Below the pieces are notes generated by a model. It searched no databases. It saw only the letters and a program-made list of their open reading frames with translations, and was not told the DNA's origin. DNA of 64,000 nt from Thermoplasmatota archaeon. GTDB lineage: Archaea; Thermoplasmatota; Penumbrarchaeia; Penumbrarchaeales; EX4484-36. The stretch spans positions 7,980 through 71,979 of the forward strand of contig JAOZQA010000004.1 in NCBI GenBank assembly GCA_029932465.1, written 5' to 3'. The translations under genes were made by a program, and so were the position numbers. Position 1 is the first letter of the stretch; each line of letters starts with the position of its first letter. Positions 1 to 10,413 of the stretch are shown here, in pieces.

Positions 1-375
1 ATATAAAAATTCCCGCATCCACTTCTTGTCTCTCCTCTGCTGAAGGGTTCTCCTGACGTATTAGCCCCTTATTCCACCGTCTATCACATTGCCCCTCAGC
101 CTTTTGAGAAGCCCTTTTAGACATATCCTCTCGGCGCCTCTCCTCCCCAGGTAGCCGAACATCTCCGCAATGCATACCACAAAGCGGGCTACATCCCCCT
201 TCCATCTCCTCCTCCCTCTCCTTCAGGAAGTCAATCACGCTCTTGTGAGGGCTCTCGTAGTAGATGGGACTTCCGACCACGATAAGATTGTACCCTCCAA
301 CATCCCTCTACCTCCCCATTTCTGAAGATCTGGTGAGAAGAGAATAAGAGAAACTTTTTATCTGTTAATCCCACT

Positions 376-3300
376 ATGATACCCGGTGCATCTATGAAAA
401 GGTCCGTCACATGCTTCATCCTCTTCGCGCTTCTCCTGTCCACCCTCCCCTCCCTCGCTTCTGCAGGGGAGAAATCCCCCGCTCCGGGGGAGATCCGTCT
501 CACGGTCATTGAAGACTCCCCGGGTGAGCTCCTCCTCCACTTTGAGGCACCTCCACCTCTGTTTACCTCGGAGGGGGTTCCCATCTATCCCGGGGTTGTG
601 TCAACGGCCCCAGAGGGTTACCCTCTTCTACCGCACATCTTAAGGTTCCTGACGGTGGGTGAGGGACGGGTGAGATTGAAGGTACACCTCCTCCGCTGGG
701 GGGAGGCTTCAGCGGGGGAGATACCGCCATCACCCCCTCCCTGCCCTGATATGGAGGAGGTTTTCAGGGAGGGGATGAAAGGTGATGTTTATGGAAGGGA
801 TGACTTCTACCCCGGGCGCTGGGCAGAAATTTTAGAGGAGGGCCACTTCAGGGAGTACCACCTGGTTCTTCTCCGAATAAACCCTATTCAATATAATCCT
901 GTGAGGGGTGTGGTGCGATACGCTCTTGAGATGAGCATCGAGGTGATCTCCTCACCCGCTCTCCCGCCCCCCCCTGCACATCCCGACATCTCCCTCTTTC
1001 TGAAGGGAGTCTCATTTAACTGGCCCTGGAACTTCGAAGGGAGCCCGCTACCGCCTCTCTCCTCTGGGGCTGAATATCTAATAATAACGCACCCTTCTCT
1101 CATGCCGGCAGCATTTAAGATGGCCTGCTGGAAGGCGAAGGAGGGATACACAGTCAAAGTGGTCAACACCACAGAGACGGGCTGCAGCGCCCTCTCTATC
1201 AGACGCTACCTTGAGAGGGCCTACGGGGAATGGAACCCACCCCCCTTGTACATACTGCTACTGGGGGATGCGGACCTTGTCCCCACAAACTATTTCTACC
1301 GTCACCCTTACCATGGCACACTAACTGGAACAGACCATTGGTACTCCACCCTCTCCGGCACGGACTACATCCCCGATGTATTCATAGGTAGGATACCAGC
1401 CAATAACCTCACCGAGGCCTTCTATATAGTCAATAAGACAATATCCTACAGAACCTCGCCGCCCTCAAACCCTGGATTCTACCGCAACGTTACCGTGGCG
1501 GCTTACTTCCAGGACAGCAACAGGGACGGCTATGAGGACCGCAGGTTCGTTAAAACCTCAGAGGAGATAAGGGACAACCTGACTGCTTTCAACTACTCCG
1601 TCAGGAGGATCTATTACACCCCCTCTTACGTGAACCCAACTCATTACAACGACGGCTACTTTGCCTCCGGAGAACCCCTCCCCCCCTCCCTCCTCAGGTC
1701 TAACGGCTTTGCCTGGGATGGGGACGAGGGGGATATAACGGATGCAGTGATGAGCGGAACACTGATCCTCAACCATAGGGACCACGGAGCTAGATGGGGG
1801 TGGGGGGACCCAAGGTACACCTCCGATGACGCCTACTCCCTGAGGAACGGTAACCTCACCCCTGTTGTGTTCAGCATAAACTGCCAGACAGGATGGTTTG
1901 ACCACGAGACCGACCCCTACTCCAGCACGGTAGATGAGTGCTTCTCCGAGGACTTTCTGAGGGCTCCAGGGGGCGGGGCAGTGGGGGTCTTCGGGGCATC
2001 TAGGGTGAGCTACAGCGGGTACAACGACTTCCTCACCCTGGGTTTCTACGATGCTCTCTTTCCCTCCCTCAACCCGGGGGTGGGAGGGAACATCTCTCTG
2101 AACAGAATGGGAGAGGTCCTATCCTATGGAAAAATGTATATGCTCGAAACCTGGGGTGACTCGTGGGGATTGGGGCGACTTGAGTTCGAGCTCTTCCACT
2201 TCTTCGGTGACCCCTCTCTGAGCATCTGGCTGTCCGAGCCAAAGGCAGCTGATGCCTCCCCCCTCACCCCAGCCCCCTCCGGCACAAGATTGATCCATGT
2301 GAATTCCTCTTCCGAAGGTGCGACGGTGACGGTCACAAGGGGCTCGCACCTCTACGGGAGGAGCATAGTGGCGGGAGGGTGGGCTAATATAACCGTTCCG
2401 CCACTGACAGAGGGCCTCTACAATGTTACGGTGACTGGAGAGGAATATATACCTCTGACTGTCACTTTTCAGGTGAGAGGGGGGGAGGCCTCCCCCAAGC
2501 CCCATCTTGAGGTACCCGCTGGAGCGGTGAGGGGGGAGGTTGAGGTTGCAGGTGTAGCGCAGCAGAGGCTGGAGTACACGCTTCTAGAGGAGGATTTCGA
2601 AGGGCCCGGAGACGTCCTTTATTCTACCTGGGATGAGGATCCTTTGGAAGGGGAGGACTGCTGGGGTGTCGTCACCGACCCGACAGGCTACGGGGCCGCC
2701 CTCTGGTGCACTGGGAGGGGAGGGAGGGATGAGGTGGAGCTCTTCCGTGAGAGCTTCGATAACCTCTCCAATTGGACTACGATAAGTCACGGTCCATACC
2801 TCTCTCCCTGGGAAGTGAGCGGTGGGGTGCTAAGGTGCTCTGGGGGGGTGAGAGAGATGCTGGAGGAGGTGAGGCTTTCAAGACCTATCAACATCTCCTC
2901 CTTCGAGCATTTCCGGCTCCGGTTCTACCTTAACTACACATTCGGTGACGGTGGGGAGTACTTCGCTGTTCTTCTCTCCCCGGATAACACAACATGGGTG
3001 GAGGCGGAGGTTCTCCGGGAGGGCTACACCGGCGAGCTTTCGGTGGAATTTGAAAGGGGAGGGTGGGATGAGGTCTACATCGCGTTGGCCTACCATGCCA
3101 CCTACGATCAGAGCGTTGTGGTGGACGATCTCTCTTTATGGGGTGGAAGGAAGAACAGTGAGCTTAAAAGAACCCCACCCGGGGTCCACTCCGTCTTTCG
3201 CCTTCCCCTTGACCTCTCCCTCTACGACTCCGCTGTGGTGGACTGCTCATACCGCACTGGGGAAAACACTACACTCCTTCTGGGCTACGAGGAGGGCACG

Positions 3301-5103
3301 TTCAGACCCCTCAAAGGGGTATATGGCTCTGGCGCCTCCCGCGAGCGTTTTGTGATCCCGGCCAGTGCTGAGGCGGTACTGTTTGTCTATATAGGCGGAG
3401 GCGACGAGGGAGCTTATCTGGAATGGATAAGTGTGGCGGGGTCTCTGGAGCTTAAAAAGCTTCTGCTCCGCTTGGACGGAAAGGCCCTGGCGGAGCTCAA
3501 AGGCGATGTATTCAGGTTTCGCCTTAACACCACCGGACTGAGCGACGGTTGGCACAACATCACGCTCACAGCATACTACTCGGAGTGGCTTCTTGCATCC
3601 ACATCCTCCATGATACTTGTAGACAACACCCCTCCGGAGATAGGCCCGCCGCTCACGGCAGTTGTGGGGCAGGGGGAGGTGTGCGAGATAGGCTCCTATG
3701 TAGAGGATGAGTGGGGGATTGAGGAGGTCTTCCTGGAGGTGGATGGGGAGCATCTGCCAATTGCACCGCATGACGGGGTCTGTACGGTGAGGTGGTCCAC
3801 CACTGAGGTGGGACTTCACCCCTACAGGGTGGTGGCCGTTGATGTGGCGGGAAACGTGGCGGAGAGGATCGGGTGGGTGAACGTGACCGATACGACCCCC
3901 CCGAGGATTCATCTGAGCTACAGAAACATCATCCAGGGGGAAGTTTGGGTACTCACAGCCCATGTTGAGGATGAGACGGGGGTGGAGAGGGTATGGGTGA
4001 GTATTGGCGGAGAGGAATACAACCTGACAGGAGGCCCCCTCTACACCTTTTCTAAGCTTTTCACGCACCCGGGGGTATTTAGCTTTGAGGTCAGCGCTCG
4101 GGACCCGGAGGGAAACATTGCCAGAGAGGAGGGGGTCTTCCTGGTTGTGGATGTAACACCACCCTCCTTCTCCCTTCCAGAGAGGATAGAGATCGTGGAG
4201 GACACCGAGGAGATACTGAACCTCACTGTGGTTGAGGATTCCGAGGTGACAGAGGTTAGGGCCACCCTTGAAGGAATGCCCGTACAGGTGGAGGTTGGGG
4301 AGGTGATCCGGCTACACTTTATGATAGAGAGGCCGGGAGAGTATACCCTTCAGGTTTGGGTGAGCGACAGCTGGGGCAATACCGGTACAGGGTGGGCGGA
4401 GGTCACAGTAAGGGACGTGACCCCCCCCGAGGCCGTGATAGAGGGACCGGAGGAGGTGGAGTACCTCTCCTGTGCCCTTTACAGGGCTAAGGGGAGAGAT
4501 GATGGGGGAATAGAGTCCTATTTTTGGAGGGTCAGTGGGCCTGGAGGGGAGTTAGAGGCGGAGGGAGAGCTGCTCAGGGTGGAGTTCACAGCCCCGGGTC
4601 AGTGGGTGATAAATCTCACTGCGGTGGACACCTCCTGTCTGAAAAGTAGTGTGAGCATTAAAGTGCTATGCACGGATACAACACCCCCGGTACCGGTCAT
4701 CATCTGGCAGAGTGGAGTCATCTACGAGGGCCAGTCGGTAAACTTCTCCTCTGGGAACAGCTTTGACAACCTGGGCATTTTAAACTTCACCTGGACCTTT
4801 CAGGGGGACACCAACGCCACGATCCTCTACGGGCGGGCGGTTACTTTTAACTTCTCAGCCCCAGGGGTATGGAGAGTCACCCTTGTTTGTGTGGACGTCT
4901 CTGGGAATGAGGCGGCTACCACCCTTACCCTCCGCGTAAGAGAGAAGCCTCATATGATAGAACCCCAAGTGGGAAAGAGTGAGACAGGGGAAGAGGGGGG
5001 AGGATTTTATCTCCTCCTTTCGGCGGTCCCCTACGTATTCGCCCTTCTTCTCCTTCTCCTCTTCAGGAGAAGGGACGTGGTGAAATCTGAGGTGGAAGAG
5101 TAA
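376..5103 (+). CDS. Large secreted, membrane-anchored surface protein with an N-terminal peptidase C25 (gingipain-like, clan CD) domain followed by multiple Ig-like/beta-sandwich repeats; ends in a C-terminal TM helix plus basic tail
   Basis: 1575-aa ORF. Signal peptide MKRSVTCFILFALLLSTLPSLASA. C25-like block YLIITHP...ILLLGDADLVPTNYFY...TDHWYSTLSGTDYIPDVFIGRIP. Putative His-Gly and Cys dyad in ILNHRDHGARWGW ... VVFSINCQTGWFDHE. C-terminus GGGFYLLLSAVPYVFALLLLLLFRRRD is a hydrophobic anchor with a basic tail. The true start may be the internal Met at 394. Confidence 0.6.
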   Translation: MIPGASMKRSVTCFILFALLLSTLPSLASAGEKSPAPGEIRLTVIEDSPGELLLHFEAPPPLFTSEGVPIYPGVVSTAPEGYPLLPHILRFLTVGEGRVRLKVHLLRWGEASAGEIPPSPPPCPDMEEVFREGMKGDVYGRDDFYPGRWAEILEEGHFREYHLVLLRINPIQYNPVRGVVRYALEMSIEVISSPALPPPPAHPDISLFLKGVSFNWPWNFEGSPLPPLSSGAEYLIITHPSLMPAAFKMACWKAKEGYTVKVVNTTETGCSALSIRRYLERAYGEWNPPPLYILLLGDADLVPTNYFYRHPYHGTLTGTDHWYSTLSGTDYIPDVFIGRIPANNLTEAFYIVNKTISYRTSPPSNPGFYRNVTVAAYFQDSNRDGYEDRRFVKTSEEIRDNLTAFNYSVRRIYYTPSYVNPTHYNDGYFASGEPLPPSLLRSNGFAWDGDEGDITDAVMSGTLILNHRDHGARWGWGDPRYTSDDAYSLRNGNLTPVVFSINCQTGWFDHETDPYSSTVDECFSEDFLRAPGGGAVGVFGASRVSYSGYNDFLTLGFYDALFPSLNPGVGGNISLNRMGEVLSYGKMYMLETWGDSWGLGRLEFELFHFFGDPSLSIWLSEPKAADASPLTPAPSGTRLIHVNSSSEGATVTVTRGSHLYGRSIVAGGWANITVPPLTEGLYNVTVTGEEYIPLTVTFQVRGGEASPKPHLEVPAGAVRGEVEVAGVAQQRLEYTLLEEDFEGPGDVLYSTWDEDPLEGEDCWGVVTDPTGYGAALWCTGRGGRDEVELFRESFDNLSNWTTISHGPYLSPWEVSGGVLRCSGGVREMLEEVRLSRPINISSFEHFRLRFYLNYTFGDGGEYFAVLLSPDNTTWVEAEVLREGYTGELSVEFERGGWDEVYIALAYHATYDQSVVVDDLSLWGGRKNSELKRTPPGVHSVFRLPLDLSLYDSAVVDCSYRTGENTTLLLGYEEGTFRPLKGVYGSGASRERFVIPASAEAVLFVYIGGGDEGAYLEWISVAGSLELKKLLLRLDGKALAELKGDVFRFRLNTTGLSDGWHNITLTAYYSEWLLASTSSMILVDNTPPEIGPPLTAVVGQGEVCEIGSYVEDEWGIEEVFLEVDGEHLPIAPHDGVCTVRWSTTEVGLHPYRVVAVDVAGNVAERIGWVNVTDTTPPRIHLSYRNIIQGEVWVLTAHVEDETGVERVWVSIGGEEYNLTGGPLYTFSKLFTHPGVFSFEVSARDPEGNIAREEGVFLVVDVTPPSFSLPERIEIVEDTEEILNLTVVEDSEVTEVRATLEGMPVQVEVGEVIRLHFMIERPGEYTLQVWVSDSWGNTGTGWAEVTVRDVTPPEAVIEGPEEVEYLSCALYRAKGRDDGGIESYFWRVSGPGGELEAEGELLRVEFTAPGQWVINLTAVDTSCLKSSVSIKVLCTDTTPPVPVIIWQSGVIYEGQSVNFSSGNSFDNLGILNFTWTFQGDTNATILYGRAVTFNFSAPGVWRVTLVCVDVSGNEAATTLTLRVREKPHMIEPQVGKSETGEEGGGFYLLLSAVPYVFALLLLLLFRRRDVVKSEVEE

Positions 5104-5147
5104 TTCTCAAGCAATAATAGTCCCCCCGGCGTCCCCCGGGAGGGTCT

Positions 5148-5160
5148 TATTTTTATACTG
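5148..5160 (+). promoter_or_regulatory. A/T-rich TATA-like element (TTATTTTTATA) about 30 nt upstream of the aminotransferase ATG; the same T-tract follows a short GC hairpin downstream of the preceding gene and so may double as a terminator
   Basis: Sequence ccccggcgtcccccggg followed by tcttatttttatactgt at 5125..5165. Archaeal promoters use a TATA box about 26 nt upstream of the transcription start. Confidence 0.3.
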
Positions 5161-5190
5161 TCTCATCATCTACCCATCGGAGGGAAAACG

Positions 5191-6339
5191 ATGAGGTTCG
5201 CCCCCAGAATGAGCAGTATTCAGCTCTCGGGCATAAGGAAGATGTTTGAGATGGCCGGCGAGGGAGCGGTCCATCTGGGCCTTGGGGAGCCCGACTTTAA
5301 CCCACCTCAGGAGGCCATAGATGCAGTCTGTAGGGCCATGAGGGAGGGGAAGAATAGCTATCAGTCCACTTTCGGGATAAAGCCCCTCAGAGAGGCGGTG
5401 GCGGAGAGGCTCAGGAGGTATTGGAATGAGATCACCTGGGAGAGGGTCGTTATAACTCAGAGCGGCAGCGAGGCCCTCTTCTCCGCAATCTTCTCCGTAG
5501 TGGGGGAGGGAGATGAGGTACTCCTGCCCGACCCCGGTTTCGTCCTATACGCCCCCCAGGTCACCTTAAGCGGGGGAAGGCCCGTGTTCTATCACCTCAA
5601 GAAGGAGAACTCTTTCCGCCCGGACCTGGGTGAGATGGAAACCCTCATAACCGACAGGACGAAGGCGATTGTTCTCAATTATCCCAACAACCCCACGGGA
5701 GGAGTTATAGATGAGGCAGTGGCGGAGGAAATAGTGGATTTAGCAAGAAGGCACGGGCTCTTCATAATATCCGATGAGGTGTACGACAGAATTATTTACA
5801 GCAGACAGCACGTGTCCTTCCTGGGGAGGTATGAGAGGACAATCTTGGTAAACTCCTTCTCCAAGACCCTTGCCATGACAGGGTGGAGGTTGGGATATCT
5901 GGCGGGGGAGAAAGAGATTATGGAGAGGGTGGCTCTGGCCCACTACCACGTCCTCGCCTGCCCCTCAACGCCGCTTCAGTACGGCGCGCTAGCAGCAATG
6001 GAGGGGGAGGACGATTTTGTTGAGATGATGATGGAGAGGTTCAGAAGGAGGAGGGAGATGGTGATTGAGGGTTTAAAGAGGATTCCTGGTTTCAGCCTCC
6101 ACCCCCCCGGGGGCGCTTTCTACGCTTTTCCCTCGGTCAACCTTGTGAAGGACGGGAAGAGACTGAGCTCGGAGGAGGTTGCCATGGAGCTACTCAAGGG
6201 CGGTGTCATAACGGTCCCCGGAAGCGCTTTCGGAGAGGCGGGAGAGGGCTTCTTGAGACTCTCCTTCGCAACTTCGGAGGATCTCCTGGAGGAGGGGTTG
6301 AAGAGAATCTCCTCCGTTGTGGAAGAGCTTGATAGATGA
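5191..6339 (+). CDS. Class I pyridoxal-phosphate-dependent aspartate/aromatic aminotransferase
   Basis: 382 aa. Motifs LNYPNNPTGGV and SFSKTLAMTGWRLGY (PLP-binding lysine context) are typical of the AspAT family. Confidence 0.85.
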   Translation: MRFAPRMSSIQLSGIRKMFEMAGEGAVHLGLGEPDFNPPQEAIDAVCRAMREGKNSYQSTFGIKPLREAVAERLRRYWNEITWERVVITQSGSEALFSAIFSVVGEGDEVLLPDPGFVLYAPQVTLSGGRPVFYHLKKENSFRPDLGEMETLITDRTKAIVLNYPNNPTGGVIDEAVAEEIVDLARRHGLFIISDEVYDRIIYSRQHVSFLGRYERTILVNSFSKTLAMTGWRLGYLAGEKEIMERVALAHYHVLACPSTPLQYGALAAMEGEDDFVEMMMERFRRRREMVIEGLKRIPGFSLHPPGGAFYAFPSVNLVKDGKRLSSEEVAMELLKGGVITVPGSAFGEAGEGFLRLSFATSEDLLEEGLKRISSVVEELDR

Positions 6340-6355
6340 ATGCGGCCGCAATGGA

Positions 6356-6802
6356 TCATTGTCTCCCAGGGGTGAGAGGAGGGGGTGGAGCTATCTGCGC
6401 CTTGGGTTCCTCAGGGGGAGGGGGAGCGGAGGGGACAAGGGTGGGGTAGTAGGGTTTTATGTCAAGAAGCGGGGTTCCGTCCAGCATGTCGACTCCCCGG
6501 AACCTTATTGAGTCCTCTTTCACTTCAAGGAGCTCAACGACGGCTACTCCTAGAGGGTTGGGGCGGTGGGGTGAGCGGGTTGAGAAGACCCCTTTTAAAT
6601 CCCCTCTCCCTCCCGTCCTGTGCAGGAAGTATATGAGGACAACCCAGGGGAAGGAATCGAGCCCCTCTAGTGCCTCCCTGTAAGGCGGGAAGATCTCTGC
6701 AACCGCCGTGTACATTAGCGCTTCGGCAGCCTGCCTTGGAGCGTCCTTAGCTTTTTTGAAAGGCGTTCTTATGATTCCTATAGGTTCTAAAACGATCTTC
6801 AT
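6356..6802 (-). CDS. TsaA/YaeB (TrmO) family tRNA methyltransferase-like protein
   Basis: 148 aa. Motifs PIGIIRTPF..DAPRQ, TRSPHRPNPLGV and GTPLLDIKPYY match the TsaA-like family. Confidence 0.7.
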   Translation of the reverse strand: MKIVLEPIGIIRTPFKKAKDAPRQAAEALMYTAVAEIFPPYREALEGLDSFPWVVLIYFLHRTGGRGDLKGVFSTRSPHRPNPLGVAVVELLEVKEDSIRFRGVDMLDGTPLLDIKPYYPTLVPSAPPPPEEPKAQIAPPPPLTPGRQ

Positions 6803-6841
6803 CAGATGTAGTTTTTAGCCGTGAACTAATAAATCTTTCTG

Positions 6842-7390
6842 TCACTCCATTATAAAGACCGCAGCGGCCACCACGGTGGTCCACAGACCGTCTTTATTCC
6901 CTCTGGCGCTCTGGGTCACATTCCTGGTCTCGAATATCCTCCCACTTGCGATGTAGACCTGTTTTCTCTCGTTCCACGCTGTCTCCGGGTCGAAGTCTAT
7001 CCCCAGGGTCGTTGCCAGCATGGTGGCTGCAAGGTCTTCGGCGTAATCTCCAGTCTTTTCAGCGGTCTCCCCGAAGGCGTGGTGTTCGGAGATGTATCCG
7101 TAGCGGTCCTTCTCCGCAGGGAGAGCGAGTCCTATAGAGGCTGAAACAAGTCTGTTTGGCTCATTGGTGGAGTTTCTAGCCATAACGCAGAAGATGACCT
7201 GGCCCGGTTTCAGCATGGCCAGCCCCCTCTTCCTGGAGATTATCTTGCAGTTCGGCGGGAATATGCTTGAGACCTGCACAATGTTGTACTTCTCTATCCC
7301 GGCCTTTCTGAGAGCCAGCTCAAAGGATGCAAGCTTGTCCTTGTGGACGCCCAGCCCCTTTGTGAAGAACATGTATTTGGGAACCGTCAT
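6842..7390 (-). CDS. pdaD: Pyruvoyl-dependent arginine decarboxylase
   Basis: 182 aa. N-terminus [46 protein letters not shown], with the Ser-Ser self-cleavage site characteristic of PdaD. Confidence 0.85.
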   Translation of the reverse strand: MTVPKYMFFTKGLGVHKDKLASFELALRKAGIEKYNIVQVSSIFPPNCKIISRKRGLAMLKPGQVIFCVMARNSTNEPNRLVSASIGLALPAEKDRYGYISEHHAFGETAEKTGDYAEDLAATMLATTLGIDFDPETAWNERKQVYIASGRIFETRNVTQSARGNKDGLWTTVVAAAVFIME

Positions 7391-7489
7391 GTTATCACCT
7401 CTTCAAACGGACCTTCGGTCTCTCCCTTTGGACCTCCTTCTGTTCGGGGAGAACACGGAGGCGCTTTATGAACAAGTGAGATATAAAAG

Positions 7490-7993
7490 CTACCCTCCCT
7501 TTTCCCCTAAAATGCCTGTGAAGTATGCGGCCACAACGAGAAGGACAATACCTATCGCGCCGTAGAGTGGTCCAGAGAGGGTTATGACAAGAACGATAAC
7601 TCCAGCTATAAGCACCCCGAGGAGGATGTAGAGGAGGGCGGAGGTGGACTCTATTCCGAAGAGGTAAGCCACGAGGGTGCCGGTCCACGCCCCTGTCACT
7701 GGCAGGGGAATGGCCACGAATACCATCACTCCCAGCTTCTCATATCTCTCGATCTTTCCCGCGGCCTTCCTCCGCGTGCGGGAGAAGAGAGAGTCAAAAA
7801 ACCTCTCCCACCGCCTATATCTCCTTAAGAACCTTTCAACCCGGGGGAAGAACTTCAGAAGAAATGGAATAGGCACCATATTACCCAGAACAGAGAGGAT
7901 ATATGCCTTGGGAAGGGAGTAGTGGTAGTGGAGATATGCCACAGGGAGCGCTCCCCTCAGCTCAACGATTGGGAGCATGCTTATGAAAAGCAC
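7490..7993 (-). CDS. Small multidrug-export-like integral membrane protein (COG2426 / Sm_multidrug_ex-like)
   Basis: 167 aa with several TM segments. The N-terminal LPIVELRGALPVA motif is typical of this family. Confidence 0.5.
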   Translation of the reverse strand: MLFISMLPIVELRGALPVAYLHYHYSLPKAYILSVLGNMVPIPFLLKFFPRVERFLRRYRRWERFFDSLFSRTRRKAAGKIERYEKLGVMVFVAIPLPVTGAWTGTLVAYLFGIESTSALLYILLGVLIAGVIVLVITLSGPLYGAIGIVLLVVAAYFTGILGEKGG

Positions 7994-8062
7994 AACTACC
8001 TCCCCGGGGAAGAGGTTCAGGAGGTCTACTAGGACGGAGGTGAGGGACAGATCATCACCTCC

Positions 8063-9172
8063 TCATGCCTCCGCTTCCCCGAAGATCCTCTCAACCATCC
8101 AGGTAGGGTTGAACTCCTTCAGATCCTTATATCCCTGACCAGTCCCCACATATATAATGGGGACACCCACCGCGTAGGCTATTGAGAGGGCGGCGCCTCC
8201 CTTTGCATCAGCATCTATCTTTGTGAGTATGGCTCCGTCTATCCCAACGGCCTCTTTGAACTTCCGGGCCTGCTCCACCGCGTCATTACCCGCAAGCGCA
8301 TCTCCCACGAAGATTATAAGGTCAGGTTCTGCCACCCTCTTTATCTTCTTCATCTCATCCATAAGGTTGACGTTGGTCTGCATCCTGCCTGCAGTGTCTA
8401 TGAGGACCACATCCTTACCCCTAGCCTTAGCGTGTTGGATGGCGTCGTAGGCAACTGCAGCGGGGTCAGCCCCCGGCCGGTGCTTTATCAGCTTCGTCCC
8501 CAGCCTCTCCGCATGCTTCTCTAGTTGCTCTATGGCCCCTGCACGGAAAGTATCAGCGGCGGCTATGACGGGGGAGAGTCCCATCTCTTTCAGGCGATAC
8601 GCGATCTTCGCGACGGCGGTGGTCTTTCCGGTGCCGTTTACCCCGACGAACATGATCACGAATGGTCTTTTGCCCCTCATAATCAGGTCTTCCAGATCTA
8701 GCTTCTTCCCCTCCAGGACGTGTCTTATACCTTTTCTTAAAGCCTCCTCTATGACTTCTTCTACATCGCTCTTGCGGGATATCTTCGCGTTTAAAAGCCT
8801 CTCTCGCACGAAGGATTTGATCTCCTCCACCACGGGCTCTGCCACATCCGCTTCAAGGAGAGCGAGCTCTAGCTCCCACAGGACCTCGTCTAGTCTCTTT
8901 TCGGATATTCTTTTGGAAAATAGGCCCCCCTCCTCCTCCACCAATTTTAGATCCTCCAGCGGTACCCTCTTCTCACCGAGTCTTTTTCTCGCGAACTTGC
9001 TGACCTTCTTCTTGGGTCTGCTCCGCCGCTCTTCATCACCCTCCTCCAGTAACTCGTCTGCGGCCTTTTTCTTGAAGAACTTGAGTCTCTCCCTAAGGGA
9101 TTTGAACATTTCCGCTCCCCCTTCCCTGCATCTGTGCGTAAAGCTCACCCGCCCGGGCGTTGAGCCCCTCAT
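8063..9172 (-). CDS. ftsY: Signal recognition particle receptor FtsY
   Basis: SRP GTPase motifs [24 protein letters not shown] and a C-terminal GTGQGYKDL. The likely true start is the internal MFKSLRERL at 9109, which would overlap the pfdA 3' end by about 17 nt. Confidence 0.9.
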   Translation of the reverse strand: MRGSTPGRVSFTHRCREGGAEMFKSLRERLKFFKKKAADELLEEGDEERRSRPKKKVSKFARKRLGEKRVPLEDLKLVEEEGGLFSKRISEKRLDEVLWELELALLEADVAEPVVEEIKSFVRERLLNAKISRKSDVEEVIEEALRKGIRHVLEGKKLDLEDLIMRGKRPFVIMFVGVNGTGKTTAVAKIAYRLKEMGLSPVIAAADTFRAGAIEQLEKHAERLGTKLIKHRPGADPAAVAYDAIQHAKARGKDVVLIDTAGRMQTNVNLMDEMKKIKRVAEPDLIIFVGDALAGNDAVEQARKFKEAVGIDGAILTKIDADAKGGAALSIAYAVGVPIIYVGTGQGYKDLKEFNPTWMVERIFGEAEA

Positions 9173-9536
9173 ACTGCCTTACGATCTCCTCCCTTCTCCT
9201 CCTGAGCTCCTCCTCGCTTCTTCTGAGCTCCTCCTCTCTACCTTTTAGGAACTCAAGCGCCTTATCAGCCGACATCTCCACATGGATGTTCCGCCCAACG
9301 TTGACCGTGGGGCGAATCACCTTAATCGTCCCGGGGAGTCTTACCGAGGCTCCTATATGAAGCAGCACCTCCGCCGCCTGATCCTTTTTAAGCTCTTCAA
9401 GCGACCTTTTCGCAAGTGTGATCTCGGCAAGGGCAGACCCGATAAGCGTGAGCCTCTCCTCCAACATCCCGAGCTCTGCCCTCATAAGCTCCATTGTCGC
9501 GGCGATTCTTTCAAGCTCTTTTCTTCCTTCGCTCAT
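9093..9536 (-). CDS. pfdA: Prefoldin alpha subunit
   Basis: 147-aa coiled-coil protein lying in the conserved archaeal L18Ae-pfdA-ftsY arrangement. Confidence 0.75.
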   Translation of the reverse strand: MSEGRKELERIAATMELMRAELGMLEERLTLIGSALAEITLAKRSLEELKKDQAAEVLLHIGASVRLPGTIKVIRPTVNVGRNIHVEMSADKALEFLKGREEELRRSEEELRRRREEIVRQYEGLNARAGELYAQMQGRGSGNVQIP

Positions 9537-9548
9537 AGAAGAACACCT

Positions 9549-9782
9549 TCAGCTTTTCTTATCCCCGACGAGGAATCTGACAAGGGGATTTCGGACCTCA
9601 TCTGGGGTTATCTCCCGCACGGAGAGTATGCGGATGAACCTTCTCTTTACCTTATGATTACTCCCTATGAGCGAATAGACCTTCTCTAATGCCTCATCTT
9701 CATTCTCCGCCGCCACCTCCTTTCTGAAGTTCTGTCTGCCCCCGGGGAGTGGATAGTATCCCTCCACTATGTATGGCTTCAT
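9549..9782 (-). CDS. rplX: 50S ribosomal protein LX (L18Ae)
   Basis: 77 aa beginning MKPYIVEGYY..., the LX signature; sits immediately upstream of pfdA as in many archaea. Confidence 0.75.
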   Translation of the reverse strand: MKPYIVEGYYPLPGGRQNFRKEVAAENEDEALEKVYSLIGSNHKVKRRFIRILSVREITPDEVRNPLVRFLVGDKKS

Positions 9783-9846
9783 CCATCACACCTCCTTAAT
9801 GCGGAGCAATCCTCAGGAAAAGGGAACACAAATTAAAAGGTTGTGC

Positions 9847-10053
9847 CTACCAGGAGAGCCTCTCCAGCTCCCTTTCCTTCTTTGTGGCCTTGCGGAACTT
9901 CTTATAATGGTCCCGGCAGAGGTGCACCCGCCTTCCGCTACCCTCAAGGGTGCCGAGCACACCCTCCGCCTTCTTTCGGGGTAAGGACCTCTCAGCGGGT
10001 TTACTGCACCCCGGGTACTGGCACACCTTCTCCTCTTTCCTTTGGGGGGGCAT
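9847..10053 (-). CDS. Small zinc-ribbon protein (hypothetical)
   Basis: 68 aa, basic, with C-x4-C ... H-x-C-x2-H spacing (CQYPGC ... HLCRDH). Confidence 0.4.
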   Translation of the reverse strand: MPPQRKEEKVCQYPGCSKPAERSLPRKKAEGVLGTLEGSGRRVHLCRDHYKKFRKATKKERELERLSW

Positions 10054-10062
10054 ACAATAACC

Positions 10063-10383
10063 TCACGGGCTGTAGGCTGGTATGGTAGCCTGCTCCTGAG
10101 GTGGTTTGATTGGAACCGAGGAGGGGAAGTATTTCAGAATGACTATATCCCCTATGGCCTGCACCCATCTGAAGGGGATCGCTATGGGCGCGGAGTCCAC
10201 AACAAGTGCCGGGTTGGTATTGGCTACTACAAGGGAAGTGATCTCAGCCTCATTGGCGTCTATTACGGCGTTGACTAAGTCCCCCAGATAGGCGCCCCAT
10301 GGCGTGTATACGGGCAGGTTGAAGATAGAGTTTATTTCCTCCAGCATTTCTGAACCCCCGTTGGCGCATTCTACATATCTCAA
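10063..10383 (-). CDS. PRC-barrel domain protein
   Basis: 106 aa. Motif AIPFRWVQAIGDIVILKYFP; paralogous to the ORF at 33324..33668. Confidence 0.6.
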   Translation of the reverse strand: MRYVECANGGSEMLEEINSIFNLPVYTPWGAYLGDLVNAVIDANEAEITSLVVANTNPALVVDSAPIAIPFRWVQAIGDIVILKYFPSSVPIKPPQEQATIPAYSP

Positions 10384-10413
10384 TACAATATTTAAAACCT
10401 CTTTTCCGCCCCG

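Noticed and set aside
1-330. An open minus-strand frame runs off the 5' edge of the window and encodes ...GYNLIVVGSPIYYESPHKSVIDFLKEREEEMEGG..., faintly flavodoxin/FMN-reductase-like (GSPxYY).
   Set aside because: There is no in-frame ATG: the frame is immediately preceded by TAG, and the only nearby ATG is in another frame that terminates after 22 codons. It could be a GTG-initiated gene, a frameshifted pseudogene remnant or chance. It is too weakly supported to annotate.
231-584. 117-aa minus-strand ORF overlapping the start of the large C25-like gene.
   Set aside because: It is antisense to a strongly supported CDS and has low-complexity R/G/S-rich composition. This is a typical spurious ORF in GC-rich DNA.
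8532-9248. 238-aa Ser-rich plus-strand ORF across ftsY and pfdA.
   Set aside because: It is antisense to two conserved genes and has extreme Ser/Leu low complexity.
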